Positions 19,994 through 29,584 of a stretch of 64,000 nt of DNA are shown here, piece by piece. The stretch spans positions 30,688 through 94,687 of the forward strand of contig JANOQT010000090.1 in assembly GCA_031415015.1 (NCBI GenBank), in the 5' to 3' direction. Below the pieces are notes generated by a model. The model did not search any database. It was not told the origin of the DNA and saw nothing but the letters and a program-made list of their open reading frames with translations. How positions within the stretch are numbered: the stretch's first letter is position 1; every line of letters starts with the position of its first letter. The position numbers were made by a program, and so were the translations under genes. This DNA is from Paracoccaceae bacterium. GTDB lineage: Bacteria > Pseudomonadota > Alphaproteobacteria > Rhodobacterales > Rhodobacteraceae.

Positions 19994-21324
19994 CCGATCT
20001 CTATACCTCCCAACGTGCCATGCGGAACATGCGGCGGGCCGCCATGCAGCGCGGCGTCATCGCCATTCTGGACGTCGGCACCTCGAAAATCGCCTGCCTG
20101 GTCCTGCGCTTTGACGGGCCGGACAAGCTGCGCGAACAAGACGGCGTCGGGCCAATGGCCGGGCAAAGCCAGTTCCGCGTCATCGGGGCCGCCACCACGC
20201 GGTCGCGCGGGGTGCGTTTCGGCGAAATCTCGGTGATGAACGAGACCGAGCGCGCCATCCGCACCGCCGTTCAGGCCGCGCAGAAGATGGCCAATGTCCG
20301 CGTCGATCACGTCATCGCCTGCTTTGCCGGGGCCGACCCGCGCAGCTACGGCCTTGCGGGCGAATGGGACCTGCAGGACAGCGTCGTCACCGAACAGGAC
20401 GTCAGCCGGGTGCTGGCCGCCTGTGACGTGCCCGACATCGGTCAGGGCCGCGAGGTGCTGCACGCCCAGCCCGTCAACTTTGCGCTGGACCACCGCTCCG
20501 GTCTTGGCGACCCGCGCGGCCAGATCGGCAACCGGCTTGCCTGCGACATGCACCTGCTGTCGGTCGACGGCGACGTGGTGCAGAACCTGCTGTATTGCAT
20601 CAAGCGCTGTGATCTTGAACTGGCCGGGATCGCGCATTCCGCCTACGTCTCGGGCATCTCGTCGCTGGTCGAGGATGAACAGGAACTGGGGGCCGCCTGC
20701 ATCGACATGGGCGGCGGCGCCACCGGCATCTCGATCTTCATCAAGAAGCACATGATCTATGCCGACAGTGTCCGTATGGGCGGCGATCACGTTACCTCCG
20801 ACATCTCCAAGGGGCTGCAAATCCCGCTGACCACCGCCGAGCGTATCAAATCCCGCCACGGCGGATTGTATGCCACCGGCATGGACGACCGCGAGATGAT
20901 CGACATCGGCGGCGACAGTGGCGACTGGGAAAAGGACCGCCGCCAGATCAGCCGCACCGAACTGATCGGCATCATGCGGCCAAGGGTTGAGGAAATCCTT
21001 GAGGAAATCCGCGCCCGGCTGGACGTGGCGGGCTTTGACACCCTGCCCAGCCAGCAGATCGTGCTGACCGGCGGCGGCAGCCAGATTCCGGGCCTCGATG
21101 GTCTGGCAACCCGCATCCTTGGCCAGCGCGTCCGCCTTGGCCGCCCGCTCAGGGTGCAGGGCCTGCCACAGGCCGCCACCGGCGCAGCTTTTGCCAGCGC
21201 CGTGGGCCTGTGCCTGTTCGCCGCCCACCCGCAGGATGAATGGTGGGACTTCGAGATCCCGGCCGAACGCTACCCGGCTCGCTCCCTCCGCCGGGCGGTA
21301 AAATGGTTCAAGGACAACTGGTGA
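19990..21324 (+). CDS. ftsA: cell division protein FtsA
   Basis: Actin-fold sequence ('ILDVGTSKIACLV', 'CIDMGGGATGISIF', 'VLTGGGSQIPGL'). GTG start overlaps the ftsQ stop. Confidence 0.95.
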   Translation: MTDLYTSQRAMRNMRRAAMQRGVIAILDVGTSKIACLVLRFDGPDKLREQDGVGPMAGQSQFRVIGAATTRSRGVRFGEISVMNETERAIRTAVQAAQKMANVRVDHVIACFAGADPRSYGLAGEWDLQDSVVTEQDVSRVLAACDVPDIGQGREVLHAQPVNFALDHRSGLGDPRGQIGNRLACDMHLLSVDGDVVQNLLYCIKRCDLELAGIAHSAYVSGISSLVEDEQELGAACIDMGGGATGISIFIKKHMIYADSVRMGGDHVTSDISKGLQIPLTTAERIKSRHGGLYATGMDDREMIDIGGDSGDWEKDRRQISRTELIGIMRPRVEEILEEIRARLDVAGFDTLPSQQIVLTGGGSQIPGLDGLATRILGQRVRLGRPLRVQGLPQAATGAAFASAVGLCLFAAHPQDEWWDFEIPAERYPARSLRRAVKWFKDNW

Positions 21325-21530
21325 CCACTACATCCGGCCTCAATAGCGAAATCCCGCTGAATCTATTCAGCCACGTCCCATATTTTGCGGGAGTTTCGAC
21401 TTTTTTTTAGTGACCTTTGGCCGGGTTGTGGATAGAATCGGGTATAAGTCGGCACTTTAGCGCCCGGGACAGGTGCATTCGGGTGCAAAAAGCAAACAGC
21501 GGCACAATTAAAAAACGGACAGGCAAACCC

Positions 21531-23168
21531 ATGGCACTCAATCTGACGATGAATACCGAGCGTGAAGAGCTGAAGCCGCGCATCACCGTCTTTGGTGTGG
21601 GCGGGGCGGGCGGCAACGCGGTCAACAACATGATCGACAAGAACCTTGAGGGGGTCGAGTTTGTCGTGGCCAACACCGATGCGCAGGCGCTGCAGCAAAG
21701 CCGCGCTCATGCCCGCATCCAGATGGGCGTCAAGGTGACCGAGGGTCTGGGGGCAGGCGCGCGCCCGTCCGTGGGGGCCGCCGCCGCCGAGGAAACCATC
21801 GAGGAAATCGTCGATCATCTGGCCGGCGCACACATGTGCTTTATCACCGCCGGCATGGGCGGCGGCACCGGCACCGGGGCTGCCCCGATCATCGCGCAGG
21901 CCGCGCGGGAACTTGGCGTGTTGACCGTAGGCGTGGTGACCAAGCCCTTCCAGTTTGAGGGCCACAAGCGGATGCGTCAGGCCGAAGAAGGCATCGACGC
22001 GCTGCAAAAGGTCGTCGATACGCTGATTATCATTCCGAACCAGAACCTGTTCCGGCTGGCCAACGAAAAGACCACCTTCACCGAAGCTTTCGCCATGGCC
22101 GATGACGTGCTGTACCAGGGCGTCAAGGGTGTGACCGACCTGATGGTGCGGCCCGGCCTGATCAACCTCGATTTCGCCGATGTCCGCGCCGTGATGGACG
22201 AGATGGGCAAGGCAATGATGGGCACCGGCGAGGCGACGGGCGAAGACCGCGCCGTGCAGGCGGCCGAAAAGGCGATTGCCAACCCGCTGCTCGACGAAAT
22301 CTCGCTGAACGGTGCCAAAGGTGTCTTGATCAACATCACCGGCGGCCATGATCTGACGCTGTTTGAGTTGGATGAAGCCGCCAACATCATCCGCGAAAAG
22401 GTCGACCCCGAGGCGAACATCATCGTCGGCTCCACGCTGGACACCACGATGGAGGGCCGCCTGCGGGTCTCCGTCGTTGCCACCGGCATCGACGCCACCG
22501 CCGCCAGTCGCGCCGAACCCCCGGTCGCGCGCCGGTCGATGGCAACGCCGCTGACCATTCAGCCGGTTCATGCCGAGGCGCGCCGCCCGGTGCCGCAGCC
22601 GGAACCCGCACTGGTGACGTCGATGACCGACCCGATGCCGGCGATGGCCACAGACGATGTGGACGCGACCGACCTGTTTGACGCCGTCGCCTCGCAGGCC
22701 GGGGTCGAGGCGGAAGAACGGGTTCTGGTGGATGACCTGCCGCCGCCCGCCTACCGCCCGCAGCCTGCGGCACAGCCGACAATGATCCGCTCTGCCCCCG
22801 CCGCGATCGAGGCTGATGCCGGTGATTTTGTCGCCCCGCGCCCGCGCATGGCCGGTCAACCCTCGCCCGAGGCGCTGGCGCGTCTGCAGGCGGCGGTCAG
22901 CCGTCCCGCAGGCGGAACTTCCGCACGCTCCGCCGGTGTGGCCCCCGCCATGGCCGCTTCCGCCGCAATTGCCGGTCAGAAACCACGCTTCGGCATCGGC
23001 TCGCTGATCAACCGCATGGCTGGCCATCTGGAGGCCGCGACCGACCGTCCCGGCCCGCAGGTTGCCCGTCAGCAGCCGCCGGTCACCGCCTATGATGATG
23101 AACAGGACCTTGGCGCAGATCAGGACCGGATCGAGATTCCGGCCTTCCTGCGCCGTCAGGCGAACTGA
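21531..23168 (+). CDS. ftsZ: cell division GTPase FtsZ (long alphaproteobacterial linker)
   Basis: '[17 protein letters not shown]' and '[13 protein letters not shown]'. C-terminal '[12 protein letters not shown]'. ATG at 21531 within ORF 21417..23168. Confidence 0.97.
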   Translation: MALNLTMNTEREELKPRITVFGVGGAGGNAVNNMIDKNLEGVEFVVANTDAQALQQSRAHARIQMGVKVTEGLGAGARPSVGAAAAEETIEEIVDHLAGAHMCFITAGMGGGTGTGAAPIIAQAARELGVLTVGVVTKPFQFEGHKRMRQAEEGIDALQKVVDTLIIIPNQNLFRLANEKTTFTEAFAMADDVLYQGVKGVTDLMVRPGLINLDFADVRAVMDEMGKAMMGTGEATGEDRAVQAAEKAIANPLLDEISLNGAKGVLINITGGHDLTLFELDEAANIIREKVDPEANIIVGSTLDTTMEGRLRVSVVATGIDATAASRAEPPVARRSMATPLTIQPVHAEARRPVPQPEPALVTSMTDPMPAMATDDVDATDLFDAVASQAGVEAEERVLVDDLPPPAYRPQPAAQPTMIRSAPAAIEADAGDFVAPRPRMAGQPSPEALARLQAAVSRPAGGTSARSAGVAPAMAASAAIAGQKPRFGIGSLINRMAGHLEAATDRPGPQVARQQPPVTAYDDEQDLGADQDRIEIPAFLRRQAN

Positions 23169-23195
23169 TCACAGCGCTGTTGCATTGCACTTAAA

Positions 23196-23220
23196 CGGCC
23201 CGGGAAACCGGGCCTTTTTC
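23196..23220 (+). terminator. rho-independent terminator after ftsZ
   Basis: GGCCCGG-GAAA-CCGGGCC hairpin followed by TTTTTCT. Confidence 0.6.
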
Positions 23221-23363
23221 TATTTTCGACAATGGTTTAGCCTACACCTTCCACCTGTCACATTCCGTTACAAAGAGTGAGTTGAGCTTAAGCCAGCAGC
23301 GGCTTAACTACTCGTCAACGGCGCGATGGGCATGGCCTGCGCACCACATGAGGTTACAGTCGC

Positions 23364-24284
23364 GTGCAGAACACCCTTAAATCCGCAGCCACCTTCACCG
23401 GGTTCGGCCTGCACAGTGGCACGCCGATCCGCATGGTCGTGCGCCCGGCCTCGGCTGATTACGGCATCTGGTTTCGCCGCGTAGACGTGACCGACCGGGA
23501 TGCCATGGTTCCCGCCCGCTGGGATGCGGTGGTGCCGTCACGCCTGTGTACGCTGGTGGAAAACGCGGCCGGTGTGTCCGTATCCACCATCGAACACGTC
23601 ATGGCCGCGCTTGCCGGGTCCGCCATTCATAACGCCCTGATCGAGATTGACGGCCCCGAAGTGCCGATCCTTGACGGCTCCGCCGTGCCCTTCGTCGAAG
23701 GTTTCCTGTCCCGTGGCATCCGCGAACAGGCCGCGCCGGTGCGCGCGATCCGCGTGCTGAAAACTGTCGAAGTCCACGACGGCGAGGCAGTTGCCCGTCT
23801 TGAGCCCGCCGACATGCTGGAAATCGACTTCCGTATCTCGTTCGTTGACGCCGCTATCGGTACCCAGTCGCGCAGCCTGAACATGGCCAATGGCGCTTTC
23901 GTGCGTGAACTGTCCGACAGCCGCACCTTCTGCCGCCAGTCCGACGTGGACGCGATGCGCGAAAAGGGGCTGGCCCTTGGCGGCACGCTGGAAAACGCCG
24001 TGGTGTTTCAGGGCGATCACGTCCTGTCGCCCGGCGGTCTGCGCCATGCCGATGAACCGGTCCGCCACAAGATGCTGGACGCGGTGGGCGACCTTGCCCT
24101 TGCCGGTGGCCCGCTTCTGGCGCGCTATACCGGTGACCGGGCGGGTCATGCGCTGACCAACCGCCTGCTGCGGGCGCTGTTCGCCGATCCTGACGCGTTT
24201 CGCATGGTCGATTGCGGCCCGCAGACCGTCGGCAAGCTGCCCGGCGTCGGTGTACATCGCGGCGATCTGCCTGCGCGGCACTAG
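23364..24284 (+). CDS. lpxC: UDP-3-O-acyl-N-acetylglucosamine deacetylase
   Basis: 'TLKSAATFTGFGLHSG', 'STIEHVMAAL' and 'HKMLDAVGDLAL'. GTG start. Confidence 0.95.
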   Translation: MQNTLKSAATFTGFGLHSGTPIRMVVRPASADYGIWFRRVDVTDRDAMVPARWDAVVPSRLCTLVENAAGVSVSTIEHVMAALAGSAIHNALIEIDGPEVPILDGSAVPFVEGFLSRGIREQAAPVRAIRVLKTVEVHDGEAVARLEPADMLEIDFRISFVDAAIGTQSRSLNMANGAFVRELSDSRTFCRQSDVDAMREKGLALGGTLENAVVFQGDHVLSPGGLRHADEPVRHKMLDAVGDLALAGGPLLARYTGDRAGHALTNRLLRALFADPDAFRMVDCGPQTVGKLPGVGVHRGDLPARH

Positions 24285-24423
24285 GGACATCTTCTCTGAT
24301 GATGAAAAGTCACGAAAGGCGTTTTGCGCCCCGGATTTTTCTGTGCTAGGACAAGGCAAATCGCCCGAGCGGCGCGCCCTCCGGGGTGCCCGGAAAAGGG
24401 CTGCAGGTTTGGATAGGCGGAAT

Positions 24424-25287
24424 ATGTCACGCGGCAGATCGGGCGGCAGATCGGGCGGAAGGTCGGGCGCAGGGTTGCTCACAGCGGCACTTCTGATTGC
24501 AACGCTCGCAGGCTGCGGCGGGGGCACGCAGGAACGTGCGCTCGACACCTATACCGCCGAAGAGATCTACAAGAAGGGCGAGCTGGAGCTTGAAACCGGC
24601 AAGAAGCCCAAGGATGCCCTGATCTACTTCCAGGAAGTGGAACGGCTGTATCCCTACACCGAATATGCCAAGCGGGCGCTGATCATGCAGGCCTTTACCC
24701 TGCACAAGTCCAAGCAATACCCCGAAGCGCGCGACGCGGCGCAACGATTCCTCGATTTCTATCCCGGCGACGAGGATGCGCCCTATGCGCTGTTCCTGAT
24801 GGCACTCAGCTATTATGACCAGATCGACGATGTCGGGCGGGATCAGGGCATCACCTTCCAGGCCCTGCGTGGCATGCGCGACGTAATCGAGACCTACCCC
24901 GACAGCGAATATGCCCGCTCGGCGATCCTGAAGTTTGACCTCGCCTTCGACCAGCTTGCCGCCAAGGAAATGGAGATCGGACGTTATTACCTGAAACGCC
25001 GCCATTATACCGCCGCGATCAACCGCTTCCGCACTGTGGTGCAGGATTTCCAGACCACCACCCACACCGCCGAAGCGTTGCACCGGCTGGTTGAATGCTA
25101 CCTTGCCCTCGGCCTGAACGATGAGGCGCAGACCGCCGCCGCCGTGCTTGGCTTCAACTATCAGGCCTCGCCGTTCTACGACGACAGCTTCCGTCTGCTG
25201 AAAGGCCGCGGCCTTAGCCCCGAGGCCAAGGGCGAAAGCTGGCTGCGCACCGTCTATCGCCAGATGGTCAAGGGCGAGTGGTTGTGA
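24424..25287 (+). CDS. bamD: outer membrane protein assembly factor BamD (ComL/YfiO lipoprotein)
   Basis: Lipobox 'TLAGC'. TPR-like 'YPYTEYAKRALIM...YPDSEYARSA'. Internal ATG at 24424 of ORF 24250..25287. Confidence 0.85.
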   Translation: MSRGRSGGRSGGRSGAGLLTAALLIATLAGCGGGTQERALDTYTAEEIYKKGELELETGKKPKDALIYFQEVERLYPYTEYAKRALIMQAFTLHKSKQYPEARDAAQRFLDFYPGDEDAPYALFLMALSYYDQIDDVGRDQGITFQALRGMRDVIETYPDSEYARSAILKFDLAFDQLAAKEMEIGRYYLKRRHYTAAINRFRTVVQDFQTTTHTAEALHRLVECYLALGLNDEAQTAAAVLGFNYQASPFYDDSFRLLKGRGLSPEAKGESWLRTVYRQMVKGEWL

Positions 25288-25290
25288 CCC

Positions 25291-25311
25291 GGATGGGCGA
25301 ATCGCCCATCC
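25291..25311. repeat. perfect 10+1+10 palindrome GGATGGGCGA-A-TCGCCCATCC (REP/hairpin element, copy 1)
   Basis: Read directly from the sequence. Begins 3 nt after the bamD stop and ends 12 nt before the recN ATG. The related copy is at 39672..39691, and both are followed by CTACG. Confidence 0.8.
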
Positions 25312-25323
25312 TACGGGGCTGAC

Positions 25324-26967
25324 ATGCTGATCTCTCTCGATATCCGCGATGTGCTGATCATCGACCGGCTGAGCCTTGAACTTGGCCCCGGCCTGAACGT
25401 GCTGACCGGCGAAACCGGGGCGGGCAAATCGATCCTGCTGGACGCCTTGGGCTTCGTGCTGGGCTGGCGGGGCAGGGCGGAACTGGTCCGCCAAGGCGCC
25501 ACGCAGGGCGAGGTGACTGCGGTCTTCGACCTGCCCTCCGGTCACGCCGCCCATGCCGTGCTGACCGAGGCGGGGATCGAGGCGGACGGCGACCTGATCC
25601 TGCGCCGCGTCAATTTCGCCGATGGCCGCAAGACCGCCTATATCAACGATCGCCGCGTGTCGGGCGAGGTGTTGCGCGATCTGTCCGACCATCTGGTCGA
25701 ACTGCACGGCCAGCACGACGACCGGGGCCTTCTGAACCCGCGCGGCCACCGTGCGCTGCTGGATACCTTCGCTGGTCTGGACCTGACCCCCCTGCGTGCG
25801 GCATGGGTCAGCCAACGCACTGCCCGCGCGGCTCTGGCCGAGGCAGAGGCCACGCTTGCCCGCGCCGCCGCCGAAGAAGACTACCTGCGCCACGCCGTCA
25901 AAGAACTGGACAAGCTGAACCCCGAACCGGGCGAAGAAGCCGCGCTCGACGCCCGCCGCCGCCTGATGCAAGGGGCCGCCCGCATCCGCGAGGACGTCGC
26001 CAAGGCGCTGGCGGCCTTGAGTGAGGACGGTGCCGAAGGCCGGATGCGCGATGCCGTGCGCTGGCTGGAAGGCGCTGCCGACAAATCCGAAGGCACGCTG
26101 GAACCTGCGCTTGCCGCCCTGAACCGCGCCCTCATTGAGCTGTCAGATGCGCAGGAAGGGGTCGAATCCACTCTGCGCGCGTTGGATTTCAATCCCACTG
26201 ACCTTGAGGCGGCTGAGGAACGGCTGTTCGCCATCCGCGCTCTTGCCCGCAAGCATGGCGTGCTGCCCGACGATCTGGGGGCTTTCGCCGCCGACCTGCG
26301 CGCCCGCCTGACCGCGTTCGACGGCGGCCTGAAAGGACTGGCCAAGCTGCAAAAGGCAGTGACCGACGCAGCGTCAGCCTATGCCGCCGAAGCCGCCGCC
26401 ACCCGCAAAACCCGCCGCGCCGCTGCGATCCGCCTTGACGCCGCGATGGCCGCCGAGCTGGCCCCGCTGAAAATGGAACGCGCCGTTTTCGTCACCGAAT
26501 TCGCCGAAGGCGAGCCGGGGCCGGATGGCACCGACGCCGTCACCTTCACCGTCGCCACCAACCCCGGCGCGCCCTCCGGCCCGCTGAACCGCATCGCGTC
26601 GGGCGGCGAGCTTAGCCGCTTCCTGCTGGCGCTGAAGGTCTGCCTGACCGGCGACACCCCCGGCCAGACGCTGATTTTCGACGAGATTGACCGCGGCGTC
26701 GGCGGCGCCACTGCCGATGCGGTCGGGCGCAGGCTCAAAGCGCTGGCCACAGGCGCGCAGGTGCTGGTCGTCACCCATAGCCCGCAGGTGGCGGCCTTTG
26801 GCGCACAGCACTGGCGTGTCGAAAAGCGCGTGGTGGCGGATCAGACCCTGTCCACCGTCACCGCCCTCGACGCAGATGCGCGCATCGAGGAAATCGCCCG
26901 CATGCTGGCCGGGGACACCGTATCCGACGCCGCCCGCGCCGCCGCAAAGGCGCTGTTGAAGGGCTGA
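25324..26967 (+). CDS. recN: DNA repair protein RecN
   Basis: 'LNVLTGETGAGKSILLDAL', 'ASGGELSRFLLALK' and 'LIFDEIDRGVGG'. 547 aa. Confidence 0.95.
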   Translation: MLISLDIRDVLIIDRLSLELGPGLNVLTGETGAGKSILLDALGFVLGWRGRAELVRQGATQGEVTAVFDLPSGHAAHAVLTEAGIEADGDLILRRVNFADGRKTAYINDRRVSGEVLRDLSDHLVELHGQHDDRGLLNPRGHRALLDTFAGLDLTPLRAAWVSQRTARAALAEAEATLARAAAEEDYLRHAVKELDKLNPEPGEEAALDARRRLMQGAARIREDVAKALAALSEDGAEGRMRDAVRWLEGAADKSEGTLEPALAALNRALIELSDAQEGVESTLRALDFNPTDLEAAEERLFAIRALARKHGVLPDDLGAFAADLRARLTAFDGGLKGLAKLQKAVTDAASAYAAEAAATRKTRRAAAIRLDAAMAAELAPLKMERAVFVTEFAEGEPGPDGTDAVTFTVATNPGAPSGPLNRIASGGELSRFLLALKVCLTGDTPGQTLIFDEIDRGVGGATADAVGRRLKALATGAQVLVVTHSPQVAAFGAQHWRVEKRVVADQTLSTVTALDADARIEEIARMLAGDTVSDAARAAAKALLKG

Positions 26968-27120
26968 CCCTCCGCACGGCAGTTTGAGCGTTGCTGTGCT
27001 GTTTGTTACGGCATCATGGCAAGACCCATGCGCCCAGCGCATGGCGGGCTTTCCGACCGGCCACTGTTTTGCCGCGCTGCAGCAACCTATCTTCGTTTCA
27101 ACTGAACCGAGGATAAACCC

Positions 27121-27282
27121 ATGATGGCCTTCATCAAATTCCTGCTGACGCCGCGCCTGATGCCGACGATCCGCGATCTTGAACGCACTTATCTCAACGC
27201 CTCTGTCTCGCGTACCGACCTGGAGCGTCGCCAGCATGAGATCGAACTTGGCCTGTTCCGCCGCAGCGCATTTGACATGTGA
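27121..27282 (+). CDS. small DUF3563-like protein (53 aa)
   Basis: Below the ORF-track length cut-off. GAGGA Shine-Dalgarno lies 8 nt upstream. 'ERTYLNASVSRTDLERRQHEIELGLFRR' matches my memory of the DUF3563 core. Confidence 0.55.
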   Translation: MMAFIKFLLTPRLMPTIRDLERTYLNASVSRTDLERRQHEIELGLFRRSAFDM

Positions 27283-27384
27283 TCGGTAGCCTCCGGGTGT
27301 CAACGGGGGAACCTTTCCAGAACGGTATCAATTTCAACGATAGCGTTTGATATCAATAAATTACGCAAATTTGCAGCGCAGTCA

Positions 27385-28761
27385 TCACGCCCCCGGCGCC
27401 ACGACCTTCCCCGGGTTCATCAGCCCCGCTGGGTCCAGCGCCCGCTTGATGTCCCCCATCACGCCCCACGCCGCGCCGTGTTCCGCCGCCATATAGGGCA
27501 GCTTCCCGAACTCCACCCCGTGCTCCCCCGTAATCGTCCCGCCCAAGCGCAGCGCCCGCTCCGCCATCCGGCCGGCCAGCCCCGTCGCAACCGATATCTC
27601 AGCCGCATCACCGGGCCGGACCAGCAGGATCGCGTGGAAATTGCCGTCCCCCACATGCCCCAGTATCGGCCCCGGAACCCCTGAGGCCGCGATATCCGCC
27701 CGCGTCTCCTCCACCGCATCGGCCAGCTGCGAGATCGGCACGCAAACATCGGTGACAACCGCCCGGCACCCCGGACGCGAGGCCAGGATCGCGTGATAGG
27801 CCTGATGCCGCATCTTCCACAGCCGGGTGCGGTCCTCCTGCCGGTCGGCCCATTGAAACCCTTCGGCCTCAAATCCGGCGGCGATTTCGTGAAACCGGCG
27901 GATATCCTCGGCGACGCTGACCGGGGTGCCGTGAAATTCCAGCAGCAACTGCGGGGCAGGCGGCAGGTTGGTGCCGGAAAACGCGTTACAGGCGGTCACC
28001 GTCGCAGCATCCAGAAACTCGATCCGCGCCATCGGGATGCCCATCTGGATCGTCGCGATCACGCAGTCCACCGCCGCTTGAATCGAGGGAAAAGCGCAGA
28101 CCGCTGCCGCCACCGCCTCGGGCTGACCCTGCAGCCGCAGCGTCAGTTCCGTGATCAGCCCCAGCGTCCCCTCCGACCCCACGAACAGCGCCGTCAGATC
28201 ATACCCCGCCGAAGACTTGGGCGCGCCCGTCCCGGTCCGGATCACGCGCCCGTCCGCCAGAACCACCTCCAACGCCCGCACAGTGTCGCGCATTGTCCCG
28301 TAGCGCACCGCCGTCGTCCCCGAGGCCCGCGTCGCCGCCATCCCGCCAAGCGAGGCATTAGCGCCGGGGTCCACAGGAAACATCAGCCCGGTCATGCGCA
28401 ATTCGGCATTCAGCGCCTCGCGCGTCAGGCCCGGCTGCACCCGCACCAGCCGGTCCTCGGCCAGAACTTCTATAACCCGCGCCATGCCGCGAAAATCCAC
28501 CGCGATCCCGCCGTGCAAGGCCAAAGCGTGACCCTCCAGCGACGTGCCTGCCCCCCAGCCGATCAGCGGCACAAGATGCCGGGTGGCCAGCGCGGCCAAA
28601 CCGGCCACCTCCGCAGTTGTTTCGGGAAAGACCACCGCATCAGGCAGGCCCCCCGTCACCAGGCTCTCGCTTTGCCCGTGTTCGGCCAGCACCGCCGCCG
28701 ATGTGGCAAGGCGCGGCCCGAACAGGCGGCGTAAATCGGTCAGGGCGGCATCGGTCAGCAT
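27385..28761 (-). CDS. FAD-binding oxidoreductase (D-lactate dehydrogenase / GlcD family)
   Basis: 'PLIGWGAGTSLEGH', 'GHVGDGNFH' and 'GEHGVEFGK...LDPAGLMNPGK'. 458 aa. Confidence 0.85.
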   Translation of the reverse strand: MLTDAALTDLRRLFGPRLATSAAVLAEHGQSESLVTGGLPDAVVFPETTAEVAGLAALATRHLVPLIGWGAGTSLEGHALALHGGIAVDFRGMARVIEVLAEDRLVRVQPGLTREALNAELRMTGLMFPVDPGANASLGGMAATRASGTTAVRYGTMRDTVRALEVVLADGRVIRTGTGAPKSSAGYDLTALFVGSEGTLGLITELTLRLQGQPEAVAAAVCAFPSIQAAVDCVIATIQMGIPMARIEFLDAATVTACNAFSGTNLPPAPQLLLEFHGTPVSVAEDIRRFHEIAAGFEAEGFQWADRQEDRTRLWKMRHQAYHAILASRPGCRAVVTDVCVPISQLADAVEETRADIAASGVPGPILGHVGDGNFHAILLVRPGDAAEISVATGLAGRMAERALRLGGTITGEHGVEFGKLPYMAAEHGAAWGVMGDIKRALDPAGLMNPGKVVAPGA

Positions 28762-28869
28762 CCCTCGACCCTACGGTGATTTCCGCCCCGCGCAAGCCGC
28801 GAACGGGGTAGCCCTTGCGCCGCTATTGCGCTAGACACCGCGCATTCAAACTCAGCACCCGGAGGGGCC

Positions 28870-29538
28870 ATGAAAGCCGCCGTCGTCACCTTTCCCGGAT
28901 CAAACTGTGACCGTGATCTTGCCATGGCCTTCGAGGCCGCCGGATTTGAGGTGGCCCGTGTCTGGCACAAGGACACCGATCTGCCGGCAGGCGTCGATGT
29001 GGTGGGCATTCCGGGCGGGTTCTCGTTTGGCGATTACCTGCGCTGCGGGGCCATTGCGGCGCAATCGCCGATCGGTGCGGCGGTCCGCGCCCATGCGGGC
29101 AAGGGCGGCTATGTGCTGGGCATCTGCAATGGCTTTCAGGTGCTGACCGAAATGGGTCTGCTGCCGGGTGTGCTGATGCGCAACGCCGGGCTGAAATTCG
29201 TCTGCCGGACGGTGACGCTGACCGTGGCGACCACCGCCAGCGCCTTTACCTCCGCCTATCAGGCCGGGCAGCAGATCTGCATCCCCATCGCCCATCATGA
29301 CGGCAATTACACCACAGACGCCGAGGGCCTTCGCGCCCTTCAGGCCGAGGATCGCATCGCATTCACCTACGGCGATAACCCAAACGGCTCGATAGCCGAC
29401 ATTGCGGGCGTCCTGTCGGCCAACCGCCGGGTTCTGGGGATGATGCCGCATCCGGAACGCGCCACCGAGGCGGTCTTGGGTGGCAGCGACGGGCGGGGGC
29501 TGTTCGCTTCGTTGATGGGCGGGATGGCGCTGGCCTGA
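28870..29538 (+). CDS. purQ: phosphoribosylformylglycinamidine synthase subunit PurQ (glutaminase)
   Basis: '[16 protein letters not shown]', '[15 protein letters not shown]', 'GICNGFQ' and 'MMPHPER'. Confidence 0.95.
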   Translation: MKAAVVTFPGSNCDRDLAMAFEAAGFEVARVWHKDTDLPAGVDVVGIPGGFSFGDYLRCGAIAAQSPIGAAVRAHAGKGGYVLGICNGFQVLTEMGLLPGVLMRNAGLKFVCRTVTLTVATTASAFTSAYQAGQQICIPIAHHDGNYTTDAEGLRALQAEDRIAFTYGDNPNGSIADIAGVLSANRRVLGMMPHPERATEAVLGGSDGRGLFASLMGGMALA

Positions 29539-29584
29539 CCCGCATCGGCTTGAGACCGGCATTCGCCGGGCCTAATCTTGCCGC

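Noticed and set aside
19783-21228. 481-aa minus-strand ORF opposite ftsA
   Set aside because: Ala/Gly/Arg/His-rich product with no recognisable motifs. It lies entirely antisense to a gene with unmistakable FtsA sequence. This is the typical shadow ORF of high-GC DNA.
21363-23027. 554-aa minus-strand ORF opposite ftsZ
   Set aside because: Antisense to canonical FtsZ, with a low-complexity Gly/Arg/His-rich translation. Shadow ORF.
23281-23320. CtrA-type TTAA-N7-TTAA box between ftsZ and lpxC (cTTAAgccagcagcggcTTAAc)
   Set aside because: The spacing between the TTAA half-sites is 12 nt, not 7. No other support.
25288-25323. LexA (SOS) box upstream of recN
   Set aside because: No GTTC-N7-GTTC or GAAC-N7-GAAC direct repeat is present in the 36-nt spacer. 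Only the palindrome reported above is there.
24427-25971. 514-aa minus-strand ORF spanning bamD and recN
   Set aside because: It crosses an intergenic hairpin and two well-supported plus-strand genes, and has no motifs. Shadow ORF.
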